In this document: positions 61,974 through 64,000 of the stretch, piece by piece
Numbering within the stretch: position 1 is the first letter of the stretch
How the letters are laid out: each line of letters starts with the position of its first letter
Assembly: GCA_977020255.1 (NCBI GenBank)
Contig: CDROCS010002078.1
Coordinates: 310,001-374,000 of the forward strand
Length of the DNA stretch: 64,000 nucleotides
Reading direction: 5' to 3'
Source: Obrimoposthia wandeli
Lineage: Eukaryota
Notes under the pieces: model-generated
Seen by the model: the letters and a program-made list of their open reading frames with translations, nothing else
What the model was told of the DNA's origin: nothing
Database searches by the model: none
Program-made: the position numbers and the translations under genes

Positions 61974-64000
61974 ATGGCTCACCCAGGAGCTCAAGCAGAT
62001 ATTAATGCAGGAAATAATGTAGGTGAAATGAATGCCGAGCAGTTGGCACAAGCTTTAAATGCGACGTTGAGACCCAATTTTTCAGGATCATTGCAGATTA
62101 CAAAGTTTAAAGGAGATGAGGAAAGTATTTGTGACTTCCTCGCAGAATATTCGAGTTGTGCAGATGTTCAAGGATGGAACGATAAAGAAAAATGTGTCAG
62201 AGTACAGGCACATTTAACCGGATTAGCACTTGAAGTGTATAAACATTTGACAGAAGCAGAACGTTTAGATTGGCCAACGTTGGAAAATGCTTTTATTGGA
62301 AAATTGGTATTAGGAGACTTAGCCAAAGTAAATAAGCGACTCATGAGAGAACGGAAACAGAAACATGATGAAGGCGTGAATGAATACGCGTATGTTTTGA
62401 GAACCTTGGCCGCAAGAGCGTACCCAAGAAGAATAATGAGAACTCCAGAAGGTAATCCTGTACCTCAAGAAGCACAAGTAGCGGAAAATGACCGGAACCA
62501 AAATGAAATGGCAGAGGTTTTGTTAGATATATTTAGAGGAGGATTGAAAAAGGATATTAAAGTGTTATTAGCAGTATCGGATACAAATGATTTTGATAAC
62601 GCCGTACGAAAGGCGAGAGAGATTGAGAAAAATATAAAAAATAATGCAGCATTGGCAATTTACGCAATGACTGCAGGTGACGACGATAAAACAAAGGTAT
62701 TTGTGAATAAAACAGAACCGAGTAATTTTCAGAATCGAAATTATGGACAAAATAAGTTCGAAAAAGTAGATGAATCCAGTAACGGAAATAGAGATAATTT
62801 CCGAAGTAGGAATCGAGATGATTCGAGAGGTAGAAATAATAGTGAGTCTTGGAACAGGAATCGAGATGATTCAAGAGGTAGAAATAGTAATGATTCGTGG
62901 AATAGAAATAGAGATGATTCCAGGAATAGATTTAATAGAGATAATTCAGGAAATCGCCAACCTTGGAGAGGAGACGATAGGAATTATAACGCCAACAGAG
63001 GAGAGCGAAGTGACTCTCGATTTGGAAATAATACAGGAAATAGTGACGGAAGATTCAATAATCGAGGAAGCGGTTTTGAATCGAATTTCCGAAGAAATGA
63101 TTTTAGAGGACGCTATGATAATAGACAGAATAGTCGTCGAGTACAGTTCGAAGATGAACAAAATAAGATAGATATTCGAGGGAGAATAATGTGTTACACG
63201 TGTAAACAAATGGGTCACTATTCGAGAGATTGTACGAGAAGTAAAGAGTTCGGAACTAACAGATTTGGAAATAATAATTTCGGTAATAATAATTTTGGAA
63301 ATAATTATAGAGGATATAATTCACCTCCGCCATGGAATAGAGGTGGTGGATATACTCCACAGCCATGGAGACTGAATAATCAGTATACAGATAGACAACA
63401 GTCACCAGGTAGATACAATAACTATGCAGACAGACAGCAAGGAGCTGAGAGATACAATAATTACGTAGGACAGCAAGGAGCTGAGAGATATAATAATTCT
63501 GGTAGATATAATAATAATAATGTCGACAAGACAAATAGTCGAGAGAGTTCGCCGAAACCGAAAGGAAATTTTAGTTATGTGAGCGATGACAGTGATAGGA
63601 ATCGCGAAACCGAGCTTCGACGCGAAATAGATTTTGAAGATAGTGATAGTAAATTTGAACGAATGTTGGGAATAATTAAAGATTCACCACATACAAAGAT
63701 GGCAAATTCATCTACGTTGTCGAAACAAGAGAAAAGTCTACATTCGAGAGAAGAGATGAATGATTTAATGAATAGAATACTAGAAGCGTATGAGACACCA
63801 ATAGAGAAAACGTGTAACGCACAACCTATGACTGATCATGTGGAAGCAGCGAGAAATGCTACGAGTATGGAAGATGTAAAAAAGATAATTAGTGAAGCTA
63901 AGGAAACGTTGAATCAACCGTTAGATGAAACGAGTGAAGCTCCAGAAGTTTTGGCCAAATTGCAAACAATTAAAGTGCACCGATTGGAAGAAGTGCGAGC
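61974..64000 (+). CDS. gag: Retrotransposon Gag (open to the window end)
   Basis: Uninterrupted frame of 675 codons from ATG 61974. Capsid-like KFKGDEESICDFL...QGWNDKEK...HLTGLA, RQK..E.V..YA, and CCHC knuckle CYTCKQMGHYSRDC at 63192-63233. Confidence 0.9.
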   Translation, partial: MAHPGAQADINAGNNVGEMNAEQLAQALNATLRPNFSGSLQITKFKGDEESICDFLAEYSSCADVQGWNDKEKCVRVQAHLTGLALEVYKHLTEAERLDWPTLENAFIGKLVLGDLAKVNKRLMRERKQKHDEGVNEYAYVLRTLAARAYPRRIMRTPEGNPVPQEAQVAENDRNQNEMAEVLLDIFRGGLKKDIKVLLAVSDTNDFDNAVRKAREIEKNIKNNAALAIYAMTAGDDDKTKVFVNKTEPSNFQNRNYGQNKFEKVDESSNGNRDNFRSRNRDDSRGRNNSESWNRNRDDSRGRNSNDSWNRNRDDSRNRFNRDNSGNRQPWRGDDRNYNANRGERSDSRFGNNTGNSDGRFNNRGSGFESNFRRNDFRGRYDNRQNSRRVQFEDEQNKIDIRGRIMCYTCKQMGHYSRDCTRSKEFGTNRFGNNNFGNNNFGNNYRGYNSPPPWNRGGGYTPQPWRLNNQYTDRQQSPGRYNNYADRQQGAERYNNYVGQQGAERYNNSGRYNNNNVDKTNSRESSPKPKGNFSYVSDDSDRNRETELRREIDFEDSDSKFERMLGIIKDSPHTKMANSSTLSKQEKSLHSREEMNDLMNRILEAYETPIEKTCNAQPMTDHVEAARNATSMEDVKKIISEAKETLNQPLDETSEAPEVLAKLQTIKVHRLEEVR

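Noticed and set aside
61340-63534. Minus-strand and alternative-frame ORFs over gag (e.g. 62770-63171, 62946-63218)
   Set aside because: Shadow frames of the low-complexity gag sequence.

Overview
AT-rich animal genomic DNA with GC-richer spliced exons; no prokaryotic features. Two host genes are visible: a two-exon SH3-domain gene (+, 18378-20407) and a type-I membrane Ig-superfamily gene (-, four exons from 53329 down to 38572, 5' end not found). Most of the rest is transposable-element and endogenous-virus debris. At least five decayed Maverick/Polinton (adintovirus-like) segments from about three subfamilies together supply integrase, packaging ATPase, major and minor capsid, core-like proteins and a probable PolB fragment. 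They also carry unusual cargo: a TATA-binding-protein-like gene in four segments (apparently with a small intron), an IAP (BIR+RING) and a dual-specificity-phosphatase-like gene. There is also a 186-bp TIR-only mini-Maverick with a perfect 6-bp TSD and a 3.8-kb internally deleted Maverick with ~0.6-kb TIRs. Three solo LTRs (4-bp TSDs) and the 5' end of a young Gypsy-like element (LTR, tRNA-Met PBS, open gag) share conserved ends, but each LTR holds a different tandem array. A 1.85-kb 16-bp satellite and hAT, pogo, Tc1 and LINE relics are also present. All protein assignments are by-eye motif recognition, not database searches, and pseudogene boundaries are approximate.
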